A DNA stretch of 7,110 nucleotides from a virus: the IMG/VR virus record IMGVR_UViG_3300002523_000001; one strand, given 5' to 3'. Below, piece by piece: positions 1-5,408 of the stretch. How positions within the stretch are numbered: position 1 is the first letter of the stretch; the number at the start of each line of letters is the position of its first letter. The notes beneath the pieces are model-generated. The model searched no databases and was not told the DNA's origin. It saw only the letters and a list, made by a program, of their open reading frames with translations. The position numbers and the translations under genes were made by a program.

Positions 1-101
1 CGCCACCCTCCTAGCGCTGGTGGTGCTGGGAAGCGAGCAGCAGCCCGCACAAGCGGCAGAAATCGGCGTCGAGGCCGACTCGGTGTACATTATGCGAAAT
101 C
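1..101. repeat. Terminal direct repeat, copy 1 (identical to 7010-7110)
   Basis: A base-by-base reading shows that cgccaccctcctagcgctgg...gtgtacattatgcgaaatc is identical at both ends. The repeat is bounded by the window edges, so its true extent is unknown. Confidence 0.97.
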
Positions 102-220
102 GCGGGGGCCTCGGTAAAGCACTGCGCTACCTCGGCCGAATCCTGCGGGACTGGTTCGGCTTCGCCCTAGGACGCGCCCGCAAGCCAGAAGGAAGCATCG
201 AGGCCTTCACATGGATTTGA
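2..220 (+). CDS. 3' part of the same repressor ORF. The track's ORF 20-220 is its tail, and 2-101 duplicates 7011-7110.
   Basis: It is in frame with 6753-7110 across the 7009-bp circle and ends at TGA 218-220. The tail reads ...SVYIMRNRGGLGKALRYLGRILRDWFGFALGRARKPEGSIEAFTWI. Third codon positions are GC-rich. Confidence 0.65.
   Translation, partial: ATLLALVVLGSEQQPAQAAEIGVEADSVYIMRNRGGLGKALRYLGRILRDWFGFALGRARKPEGSIEAFTWI
73..100. other. dif-like XerC/XerD recombination site, a putative attP. A second copy at 7082-7109 lies inside the terminal repeat.
   Basis: The site reads ggccgactcgg-TGTACA-TTATGCGAAAT. The right arm plus central region resembles the bacterial dif layout (GGTGCGCATAA-TGTATA-TTATGTTAAAT in E. 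coli). From memory, it also resembles the TATACATTATGCGAA attP core of Xanthomonas Cf/Lf/XacF1-type inoviruses. The left arm is degenerate, which is usual for phage attP sites. No integrase gene is present. Confidence 0.55.
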
Positions 221-534
221 CCGACTACAACAACAGGACGCCGTGCTGGCCAATGGGCCAGCCATGCCCGAACAAGTGCGCTGCGCAAGTGCACGACTTG
301 ATAACGCGGAACCATGTGCACTTGCACGGCCCGTGGGCCGGCTGGCGACTCGCCGGCCGCGACCTGGTCAGCCCAGACGGCATCAGATTCAGCCCCGAGC
401 GACTCCGAGGGCTGGCATGGCGGCAAGAAGCAGAAACCCGCTTGGCCCACATCCGGGCCAAGCACCAGCAGCAAGAACCGCTGGTGACCGTGATCCGCGT
501 CCGCCAGAACGAAATCGGACCCCTCGCCAGCTAA
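211..534 (+). CDS. Hypothetical phage protein, 107 aa. From memory it may belong to the DUF3653-type family seen in Xanthomonadaceae-type inoviruses and prophages.
   Basis: ATG 211 overlaps the repressor stop by 10 nt. A GAGG lies 8 nt upstream. GC3 is high throughout. The motif GPWAGWRLAGRDLVSPDGIRFSPERLRGLAWRQ looks like a conserved small phage protein family, but I cannot confirm this without an HMM search. Confidence 0.6.
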   Translation: MDLTDYNNRTPCWPMGQPCPNKCAAQVHDLITRNHVHLHGPWAGWRLAGRDLVSPDGIRFSPERLRGLAWRQEAETRLAHIRAKHQQQEPLVTVIRVRQNEIGPLAS

Positions 535-706
535 CGGACACACAACAAGCGCGCACGCGCCGAAGGAATGGGTCACCGGTGGGTGGGTGGTGAGCACGCC
601 TAGACACACATCAACACCTGAGCCCGGAACCGGATCGCAAACGTGGCACCGCAGGTGCACCGAGATGATCGCCCGGGAGCGGCCACAAACTCATCATTGC
701 CCGTGC

Positions 707-727
707 GTAGGGGGCTTTGCCCCCTAC
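707..727. other. GC-rich hairpin (gtagggggc-ttt-gccccctac) in the 535-769 intergenic region
   Basis: The arms are 9 nt and perfectly inverted around a 3-nt loop. There is no T-tract on either side, so it is not a canonical intrinsic terminator. It could be a structural element of the ssDNA, such as an origin or packaging signal, or a processing site. Confidence 0.35.
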
Positions 728-769
728 ACCCCCAGCCTGTAACCTGCCGGCACGATCAAGGGGGACCGC

Positions 770-1159
770 ATGGACCGAGAGCGACCGCCCTACCTGGGCG
801 ACCTACCGCGCGACCGACGCGGCAACTGGCCGATGTACCTGCTGGCCGTCAGCCTACTGGCCGCACTGATCGGCGCTTGGAAGGTCTACACGGGCACCGT
901 GGTGGCATGGCATGAGCGCTTCCAGGCTCCGAAGCCCACCGCCACAGCGCCAGCACCGCCAAGCCCCGCCGAGCTAGAACGACGCCGCGCAGCACGGCAA
1001 GAGGCGCTTGTCGCAGAGGCCGCGCGCCAGATCATGCAGCAGGCCGAGAAACAGGACCGGTCAGGCTGGAAATGCATCGACGGCACGCCGTTCCGGCCTG
1101 TTCCAGGTGGCGGCTGGGAGAACGTGCCAGGCGAGAGATGCGCTACGTCGAGGCAATAG
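770..1159 (+). CDS. Hypothetical membrane-anchored protein, 129 aa. ATG 833 is an alternative start.
   Basis: AAGGGGGA lies 5 nt upstream of ATG 770. GC3 is roughly three quarters by eye. The protein has an N-terminal TM helix (WPMYLLAVSLLAALIGAWKVY), a Pro/Ala-rich linker, a charged helix and a C-terminal WKCIDG...GERC pair of cysteines. I recognise no family. Confidence 0.55.
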   Translation: MDRERPPYLGDLPRDRRGNWPMYLLAVSLLAALIGAWKVYTGTVVAWHERFQAPKPTATAPAPPSPAELERRRAARQEALVAEAARQIMQQAEKQDRSGWKCIDGTPFRPVPGGGWENVPGERCATSRQ

Positions 1160-1778
1160 CAGACAACAAGATGAGATGAGCAACGTAATACCCGAGGAAA
1201 ACCCATCGAACGCGCGGCAAGCGCACATCCAGACGCCCCAGCACCCACAGCACCGGCACCGATAACAACGCCCAGCCGTTGCCGTTGTAGAAGCACAGAG
1301 CGCCGTATGCAGCACCCAGTGCTACGGCAGCGACGACATGACCCGTCCACGTCCTGGCACCGAACCACAGACGCGCACCGAGCATCAGCGCCGGGCCGGT
1401 CCACTGATAATCAACAAACAAGCCGAGGACCGCCCACGCGACGAGCGCAGCCCATGCGCTCCGCGCAGTGCAAACGTACAGCCCAAGCGCAAGCGAGAAC
1501 AACACGTTCACCGGCAGCCAGTAACCGAACGCCAGCGCGTGGAACGGCTGAACGATCGCCCCAGCCAACAGCAAGCGGCGAATCGCCCGGCCAGCAGTCC
1601 CAGAGCGCGTATCCACCGCGGCGTTGTAGGCCAGCACAACGGCAAACACCGGGAACGCGACGCGCCCCACTTCCGATAGCCACTGTAGCGAACCAGCGAA
1701 CATGACCTTGTTCACGTGGTCGCCGGTCATCAAAACCAGCGCCAACCATTTCAACAGTTCACGGCCGCCAGACGTCAT
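1143..1778 (-). CDS. TraX-family integral membrane protein (F-pilin N-acetylase family), 211 aa
   Basis: The protein is polytopic and hydrophobic. Its N-terminal block ELLKWLALVLMTGDHVNKVMF....GRVAFPVFAVVLAYN closely parallels my recollection of F-plasmid TraX (..IIKTVALVLMVLDHINRIL....GRGAFPLFALVWGLN). The C-terminal YYVAHLILL parallels FYACHLAVL. Its ATG (1778-1776) overlaps the zot stop (1777-1775) as ATGA. Confidence 0.75.
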   Translation of the reverse strand: MTSGGRELLKWLALVLMTGDHVNKVMFAGSLQWLSEVGRVAFPVFAVVLAYNAAVDTRSGTAGRAIRRLLLAGAIVQPFHALAFGYWLPVNVLFSLALGLYVCTARSAWAALVAWAVLGLFVDYQWTGPALMLGARLWFGARTWTGHVVAAVALGAAYGALCFYNGNGWALLSVPVLWVLGRLDVRLPRVRWVFLGYYVAHLILLSAIAST

Positions 1779-2902
1779 TGCACCAGCCCCGCACCATCAA
1801 TAATGACTCCCGCCCCGCTCGTAGACGCTGCCACGGCCTGCGGCACCTGGCCAACCTGATGCACCTGATCGCGCTGACGCTCACGGTACGGGTTATAAGG
1901 CGCACCATGACGCGCCACCGTGCGGCACTCGGCCTGACTCAATTCATAGCGCGTGCCCTGCTCCGTCAAACATGTGCAAGACGGTTCCCTCTTCTGCCCG
2001 TTGGCATCTTCGCCGGAAAGCGAAGACATGCAATACAACTGAGGATCGGCAGTGATGCGCCGCTCATCGAAAACCGGAGCCGTCCACGGCATAGTGGCAA
2101 ACCGCGGCAAATGCGCAGTCGCATAATCCGAGAGACTGGCCCACGCCCCGCGCCCGCCGCCGCCCTGCCCCACAGAAACGGCAGCATGCGGCGGCGCGGC
2201 TGACGCCGCGCTCGCCGCCTCCTCCGAAACACTGCTAGACACAGCATCCGGACGCAAGAAGCTAAACGCAATCCACCCAGATACCACGGCTCCGACAATC
2301 ACCGCAGGAATTGCCAACACCTTGAGCGGAATACGCGGCCTGATCGTATGAACCTCTGCGGACTTGTAAGAGCCAAACACATGCGAAGGCAACAGCCGCG
2401 TGGTCCGCTGAGCCAACTCACGCTTCGCGGTGGACTTGATATCTTCGTTCAACTCGCCCCACGTGAACACGTCAACCATGTGCGTTCCGAACCGGCGCAC
2501 AACGTGATGATGCGTTCCGATCAGACCCCGCACAAACGGATAAAGCTGATTCGGCTGCTGAGTAGTCCACACAAAATCCAGACCGCGGTGCCGATGTTCT
2601 GCGAGATCGAGAACATGCTTAGGCGTAGCTTGCCGTGTCGCATCGTGAAGATGACCAAACCATTTCCAGGCCTCATCGACAAAGACGAGCGAACCGTCAG
2701 GGACAATGTACTGTCCTGTGTGAGGATCACGGCGGTTCCAATCCCGCGCATCGTCCAACGGCGTAGCCAAACCCGGCTGCAAACCATCAATGCCAACCGC
2801 AAAAATCGGGCGCTCGGCTTTCTTCGCTTCTTCAATGAGACGCTCAACCATGAGCGCCGTCTTACCATTGCCGGGCTGACCGGTAAAAAGTTCGATAGGC
2901 AC
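1775..2902 (-). CDS. zot: Zot / pI-family phage assembly ATPase, 375 aa from GTG 2902. The longest ORF starts at ATG 2947.
   Basis: Walker A is GQPGNGKT and Walker B is SLVFVDEAW. The Zot signature LAEHRHRGLDFVWTTQ is present. A single TM helix (VLAIPAVIVGAVVSGWIAFSFL) is followed by a periplasmic Cys-containing C-domain. The GTG start gives MPIELFTGQPGNGKT, which aligns with the Ff pI N-terminus pattern MAVYFVTGKLGSGKT. It sits 1 nt after the pVI-like stop, with GGGGG upstream. Confidence 0.9.
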   Translation of the reverse strand: MPIELFTGQPGNGKTALMVERLIEEAKKAERPIFAVGIDGLQPGLATPLDDARDWNRRDPHTGQYIVPDGSLVFVDEAWKWFGHLHDATRQATPKHVLDLAEHRHRGLDFVWTTQQPNQLYPFVRGLIGTHHHVVRRFGTHMVDVFTWGELNEDIKSTAKRELAQRTTRLLPSHVFGSYKSAEVHTIRPRIPLKVLAIPAVIVGAVVSGWIAFSFLRPDAVSSSVSEEAASAASAAPPHAAVSVGQGGGGRGAWASLSDYATAHLPRFATMPWTAPVFDERRITADPQLYCMSSLSGEDANGQKREPSCTCLTEQGTRYELSQAECRTVARHGAPYNPYRERQRDQVHQVGQVPQAVAASTSGAGVIIDGAGLVQ

Positions 2903-2903
2903 T

Positions 2904-3236
2904 TCAAGCCCCCGTTGCCGCCTTGCGGAAGAACACCCGGCCAGCATTCATTGCGTGCCTGGCCGCCACCGCGGAAATGATCATAGTCAACGCCTTGTCG
3001 AAATTGAGGAGGCCCATCCATTGCAGCGCCACGACAGCATAATCTCCACCGCCCATGCCAGAGGTTGCGAGGCTTTCGAGATGATCGATGAACGGCTCCA
3101 CGCCGAACTTGTAGCTCGCCAACGAAACGCCGAACCAGCCAAGAATAGCCGTGAGCATCTGCCCGATGCGATTCTTAAACAGCCACAGGACGGCAGACGT
3201 AATGCCAGAAATGATCCAACCGAGAATTGCAGGCAT
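2904..3236 (-). CDS. pVI-like minor coat / membrane protein, 110 aa (DUF2523-like position and topology)
   Basis: It lies between the pIII-like gene and zot, as gVI does in Ff. It has two or three hydrophobic helices (ILGWIISGITSAVLWLF, LTAILGWFGVSLA, LTMIISAVAA). Its ATG overlaps the pIII-like stop as TAATG, and a GGGGGGA Shine-Dalgarno is present. Confidence 0.75.
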   Translation of the reverse strand: MPAILGWIISGITSAVLWLFKNRIGQMLTAILGWFGVSLASYKFGVEPFIDHLESLATSGMGGGDYAVVALQWMGLLNFDKALTMIISAVAARHAMNAGRVFFRKAATGA

Positions 3237-4558
3237 TACGCAATCCCCCCGCTAACGATTCGCAAACTCACCAGTCCAGCCAGAATCAACACGAGAGAAC
3301 CCGCCAGACTCACCCACTGGCACAACGGCGCAAGATCGAAATTAACCACCACGCCGTTCGGCAACGTCACACTCGGCGGCGTCGGACACGTCCGCGAGTA
3401 GCCGTAACCGCTCGAATCAGGCTCGGGAATGTCAAATTCATCATCGCCGGGGCCGGCATCGGTCAGCGTATCGCCACCAACAACATTCGAATCGTGCGTG
3501 CCTGGACCACCAAGGAACTCGATCAGGTCCGAATTGTCACCGCCGCCGCCACCGCTACCACCACCGGCTGCGATCTTTTCCAGCGCGCACGCTGCCTTCC
3601 ACTGCTGCACCAGCATCGAATACTCCAGCGCATCGCATTTTTCACCGACACAAACCGGCGGAGACCCGCACGTGCCGCCGCTAATGCTGCGATTCTTGCG
3701 AGTGTTGCAATCAATGCGCCATTGAATGCGCGCTTGGCCGCACAAGATCGGGCTGCCGCTGCACTGGGGAGGCGTGCTGCAATCATCGCCGCCAGAGAAA
3801 AACTCTTCATCGGCGTCATCTTCGTTGCCATCCCCGTCATCGTCCCGCTTACACGTACCGTCCGGACCCCGCACCTGGCCAGCAGGGCACTCGTTATCAA
3901 CACAGCTTCCGTCCGGACCGCGCACCTGACCAGCCGGGCATTCGTTCTCGCGCTTGCGACACGTGCCATCCGGACCAAGAACTTTACCCGCAGGGCACGG
4001 CTCCGGAGCACATTGACCGAGACTGTTGACAATCTGACCAGCAGGGCATTCCGGCTCGTTGGGTTCACAAACGTTCAATAAAGCATTCCACGTTCTGCCG
4101 GATGCAACACATCCGTCCGGATCAAGCCCCTCACACGGCAAAGAATTAGCAAACGTAGCGGTACTAGTACCGTCACCGTTCCTGTAAAAATGAACCACAC
4201 AGCCAGCATTGCAAGAATACGAACCCGACAGCGGATAAAACTCCGTCACAAAATCGGGGCGCTTGTCACAAGTCTTGTCGCGGTCGAAGCCAAACAAACC
4301 GAACAAATAGCAGGGGCCAGACTCTGTTACACACCGCTGGCCACGATACGCTTGTGGAACAGAGCCCTCCAGAACACAACGAGAAAATGGCAACTCAGGA
4401 CGATTAATCGCGCGAGTAGCAGCCATGCACTCGAGGTATGCCTCGCCCTGATCACGAGCATATGCCTTTTCAGCGCCGAAAAATGCCAGCGCGATCAAAA
4501 CGAACGCGCACGCAACAAGACGCGAAATCGCACTAGCGAACATGCGCGAGAAACTCAT
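3236..4558 (-). CDS. pIII-like adsorption / minor coat protein, 440 aa from ATG 4558. The track starts it 1 codon earlier, at GTG 4561.
   Basis: A signal peptide (MSFSRMFASAISRLVACAFVLIALAFFGAEKAYA) leads into a cysteine-rich N-terminal region. Four CPAG(Q/K)-x4-7-C repeats follow, three of them containing GPDG. Next come an acidic stretch (KRDDDGDGNEDDADEE) and a Gly-rich linker (AAGGGSGGGGGD). A C-terminal membrane anchor (WVSLAGSLVLILAGLVSL) completes the protein. It is the largest gene between the major coat gene and the gVI-like gene, which is the Ff gIII position. Confidence 0.8.
   Translation of the reverse strand: MSFSRMFASAISRLVACAFVLIALAFFGAEKAYARDQGEAYLECMAATRAINRPELPFSRCVLEGSVPQAYRGQRCVTESGPCYLFGLFGFDRDKTCDKRPDFVTEFYPLSGSYSCNAGCVVHFYRNGDGTSTATFANSLPCEGLDPDGCVASGRTWNALLNVCEPNEPECPAGQIVNSLGQCAPEPCPAGKVLGPDGTCRKRENECPAGQVRGPDGSCVDNECPAGQVRGPDGTCKRDDDGDGNEDDADEEFFSGGDDCSTPPQCSGSPILCGQARIQWRIDCNTRKNRSISGGTCGSPPVCVGEKCDALEYSMLVQQWKAACALEKIAAGGGSGGGGGDNSDLIEFLGGPGTHDSNVVGGDTLTDAGPGDDEFDIPEPDSSGYGYSRTCPTPPSVTLPNGVVVNFDLAPLCQWVSLAGSLVLILAGLVSLRIVSGGIA
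3851..4054 (-). repeat. In-frame tandem coding repeats inside the pIII-like gene. The two best copies have a 51-nt (17-aa) period.
   Basis: The protein units are ECPAGQIVNSLGQC, PCPAGKVLGPDGTC, ECPAGQVRGPDGSCVDN and ECPAGQVRGPDGTCKRD. DNA units 3851-3895 and 3902-3946 align with differences concentrated at synonymous positions (CGG/CGC, GGC/GGT, CCT/CCG, GAG/GAA). Confidence 0.85.
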
Positions 4559-4623
4559 CACTCACCATCGAAGAGGATGTACAGAGCCACAAGCCACGCA
4601 ACAAGCCAAATCCAACCTTCCAT
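4558..4623 (-). CDS. Candidate 21-aa hydrophobic micro-protein (MEGWIWLVAWLVALYILFDGE), possibly a pVII/pIX-like small coat or assembly protein
   Basis: I translated this by hand; it falls below the track's length cutoff. It runs from ATG 4623 to TGA 4560-4558, which shares its A with the pIII-like ATG (TGATG). GGGGA lies about 8 nt upstream. It forms a single TM-length hydrophobic helix, as the Ff pVII/pIX proteins (32-33 aa) do. Confidence 0.4.
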   Translation of the reverse strand: MEGWIWLVAWLVALYILFDGE

Positions 4624-4636
4624 GACATCATCCCCA

Positions 4637-4669
4637 GAAAAAAGGCCGGAAGGTTCTCCCTTCCGGCCT
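4637..4669 (-). terminator. Rho-independent terminator downstream of the major coat gene
   Basis: The minus strand reads AGGCCGGAAGG-gagaa-CCTTCCGGCCT followed by TTTTTTC. That is an 11-bp perfect GC-rich stem, a 5-nt loop and a T-tract, located 12 nt after the coat gene stop. Ff phages have a terminator at the equivalent place after gVIII. Confidence 0.9.
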
Positions 4670-4680
4670 ACCGCGGCACA

Positions 4681-4899
4681 TTACATCGCGCGACGCACCC
4701 ACTTATAGACCTTGATGCCCACCAGCACCAGGAGCACCGCAGAACCAATCGCCGCAATCGGAGCCGCAGCACCCTCGATGGCGCTAACGACACCGGACAC
4801 ATCGACACCACCACCGCTGGCGAACGCGGCCGGAGCGACCAGAACCAGCGACGCGGCCGGAACGATGGCGTGCAGCTTGCTCTTGAACTTGCTCAGCAT
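4681..4899 (-). CDS. pVIII-like major coat protein precursor, 72 aa
   Basis: The signal peptide is MLSKFKSKLHAIVPAASLVLVAPAAFA, with an A-x-A cleavage motif. The mature peptide is about 45 aa, with an acidic N-terminus (SGGGVDVSGVVSAIEG), a hydrophobic core and a basic C-terminus (KVYKWVRRAM). A strong AGGAG Shine-Dalgarno lies 9 nt upstream, and the terminator follows immediately downstream. Confidence 0.92.
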   Translation of the reverse strand: MLSKFKSKLHAIVPAASLVLVAPAAFASGGGVDVSGVVSAIEGAAAPIAAIGSAVLLVLVGIKVYKWVRRAM

Positions 4900-4911
4900 T
4901 GCTTTTTCTCC

Positions 4912-5115
4912 TCACGATTGATCAACGAACTTGCGAATCCGGCGAAAAACCCACGCGCTGCCCCAGAGCAACGCGCACGCAAGGCCGATAGCCTGCGCTT
5001 CCTCGATGCTCAGCGCCGGAAGACTGGACATCTGAGGAACCCAAACCTCATGCGCGCACGTGCCCGTCGAAGCGTCGAAATCACGATCCAGACAACCGCG
5101 GACCACGTACGCCAT
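4912..5115 (-). CDS. Small membrane protein, a candidate minor coat protein in the gVII/gIX position. It is 67 aa from ATG 5115; the track starts it at GTG 5124.
   Basis: It lies between the ssDNA-binding and major coat genes. The sequence is MAYVVRGCLDRDFDASTGTCAHEVWVPQ...AIGLACALLWGSAWVFRRIRKFVDQS, which is acidic and Cys-containing at the N-terminus, has one TM helix, and has a basic tail. AAGGGG lies 8 nt upstream of ATG 5115, whereas the GTG at 5124 has no usable spacing. Confidence 0.6.
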   Translation of the reverse strand: MAYVVRGCLDRDFDASTGTCAHEVWVPQMSSLPALSIEEAQAIGLACALLWGSAWVFRRIRKFVDQS

Positions 5116-5120
5116 CACAA

Positions 5121-5408
5121 TCACCCCTTCACCGCGCTAGCGGTAGTATTCGGAATCGGAATCAGGTGGATGCGGCGGCCGACCTTCAACGAGTCGAAAT
5201 CGCCGACCTCCAGAGAAGACACGTCCAGCAGGTACTTGCCCGGCGGATACGGCGGCTGATCATCGCCAAGATTGATAGTGAACGGCTTCGGGAAATCTTC
5301 GCCGGTTTCGATAGCCGCCCTCTGCTCCTTGAAAACAACCTGCGTACCGTCCTTGCGCTTGATGACGCGCGGCGTGACAGTGCCCGACTTGATGATGATG
5401 CAGTTCAT
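5121..5408 (-). CDS. gV-like single-stranded DNA-binding protein, 95 aa
   Basis: It lies immediately after Rep, and its ATG (5408-5406) overlaps the Rep stop (5407-5405) as ATGA. GGAG lies 8 nt upstream. The size and the beta-rich sequence ([47 protein letters not shown]...) are typical of inovirus G5P-type OB-fold proteins. The longer track ORF (to 5465) would overlap Rep by 60 nt and has no Shine-Dalgarno. Confidence 0.75.
   Translation of the reverse strand: MNCIIIKSGTVTPRVIKRKDGTQVVFKEQRAAIETGEDFPKPFTINLGDDQPPYPPGKYLLDVSSLEVGDFDSLKVGRRIHLIPIPNTTASAVKG

Noticed and set aside
20-220. Stand-alone 66-aa ORF at the window start
   Set aside because: It is the 3' end of the 158-codon repressor ORF that begins at 6753. 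The apparent start is an internal GTG (Val) codon exposed by the window break.
578-592. ggtgggtgggtgg as a G-quadruplex
   Set aside because: The runs are only 2-3 G long, giving at best a weak two-tetrad structure. This is much less convincing than the 6619-6643 motif, so it is mentioned only as part of the intergenic description.
127-660. 177-aa minus-strand ORF opposite the 107-aa phage protein gene
   Set aside because: It is antisense to two plus-strand ORFs that have high GC3 and Shine-Dalgarno sequences. The sequence is G/P/A/V-rich with no motifs, and it would be isolated from the minus-strand operon.
886-1404. 172-aa minus-strand ORF and other overlapping frames (1008-1265 +, 1061-1315 -, 1307-1705 +, 1338-1679 +, 1411-1749 -)
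   Set aside because: All overlap the TraX-like gene or the 129-aa gene in alternative frames and have Arg/Cys/Pro-rich junk composition.
2348-2980. 210-aa plus-strand ORF, with 1778-2203 (+), 1966-2298 (-) and 2521-3021 (-), overlapping zot
   Set aside because: The Zot frame carries Walker A/B and family signatures along its whole length. The alternatives have no motifs and show off-frame composition.
3227-4081. 284-aa plus-strand ORF antisense to the pIII-like gene
   Set aside because: It lies entirely opposite a well-supported gene with a signal peptide, repeats and an anchor. Its composition is low-complexity and A/R/T-rich, typical of the reverse frame of a GC-rich gene. It has no Shine-Dalgarno and does not fit the operon layout.
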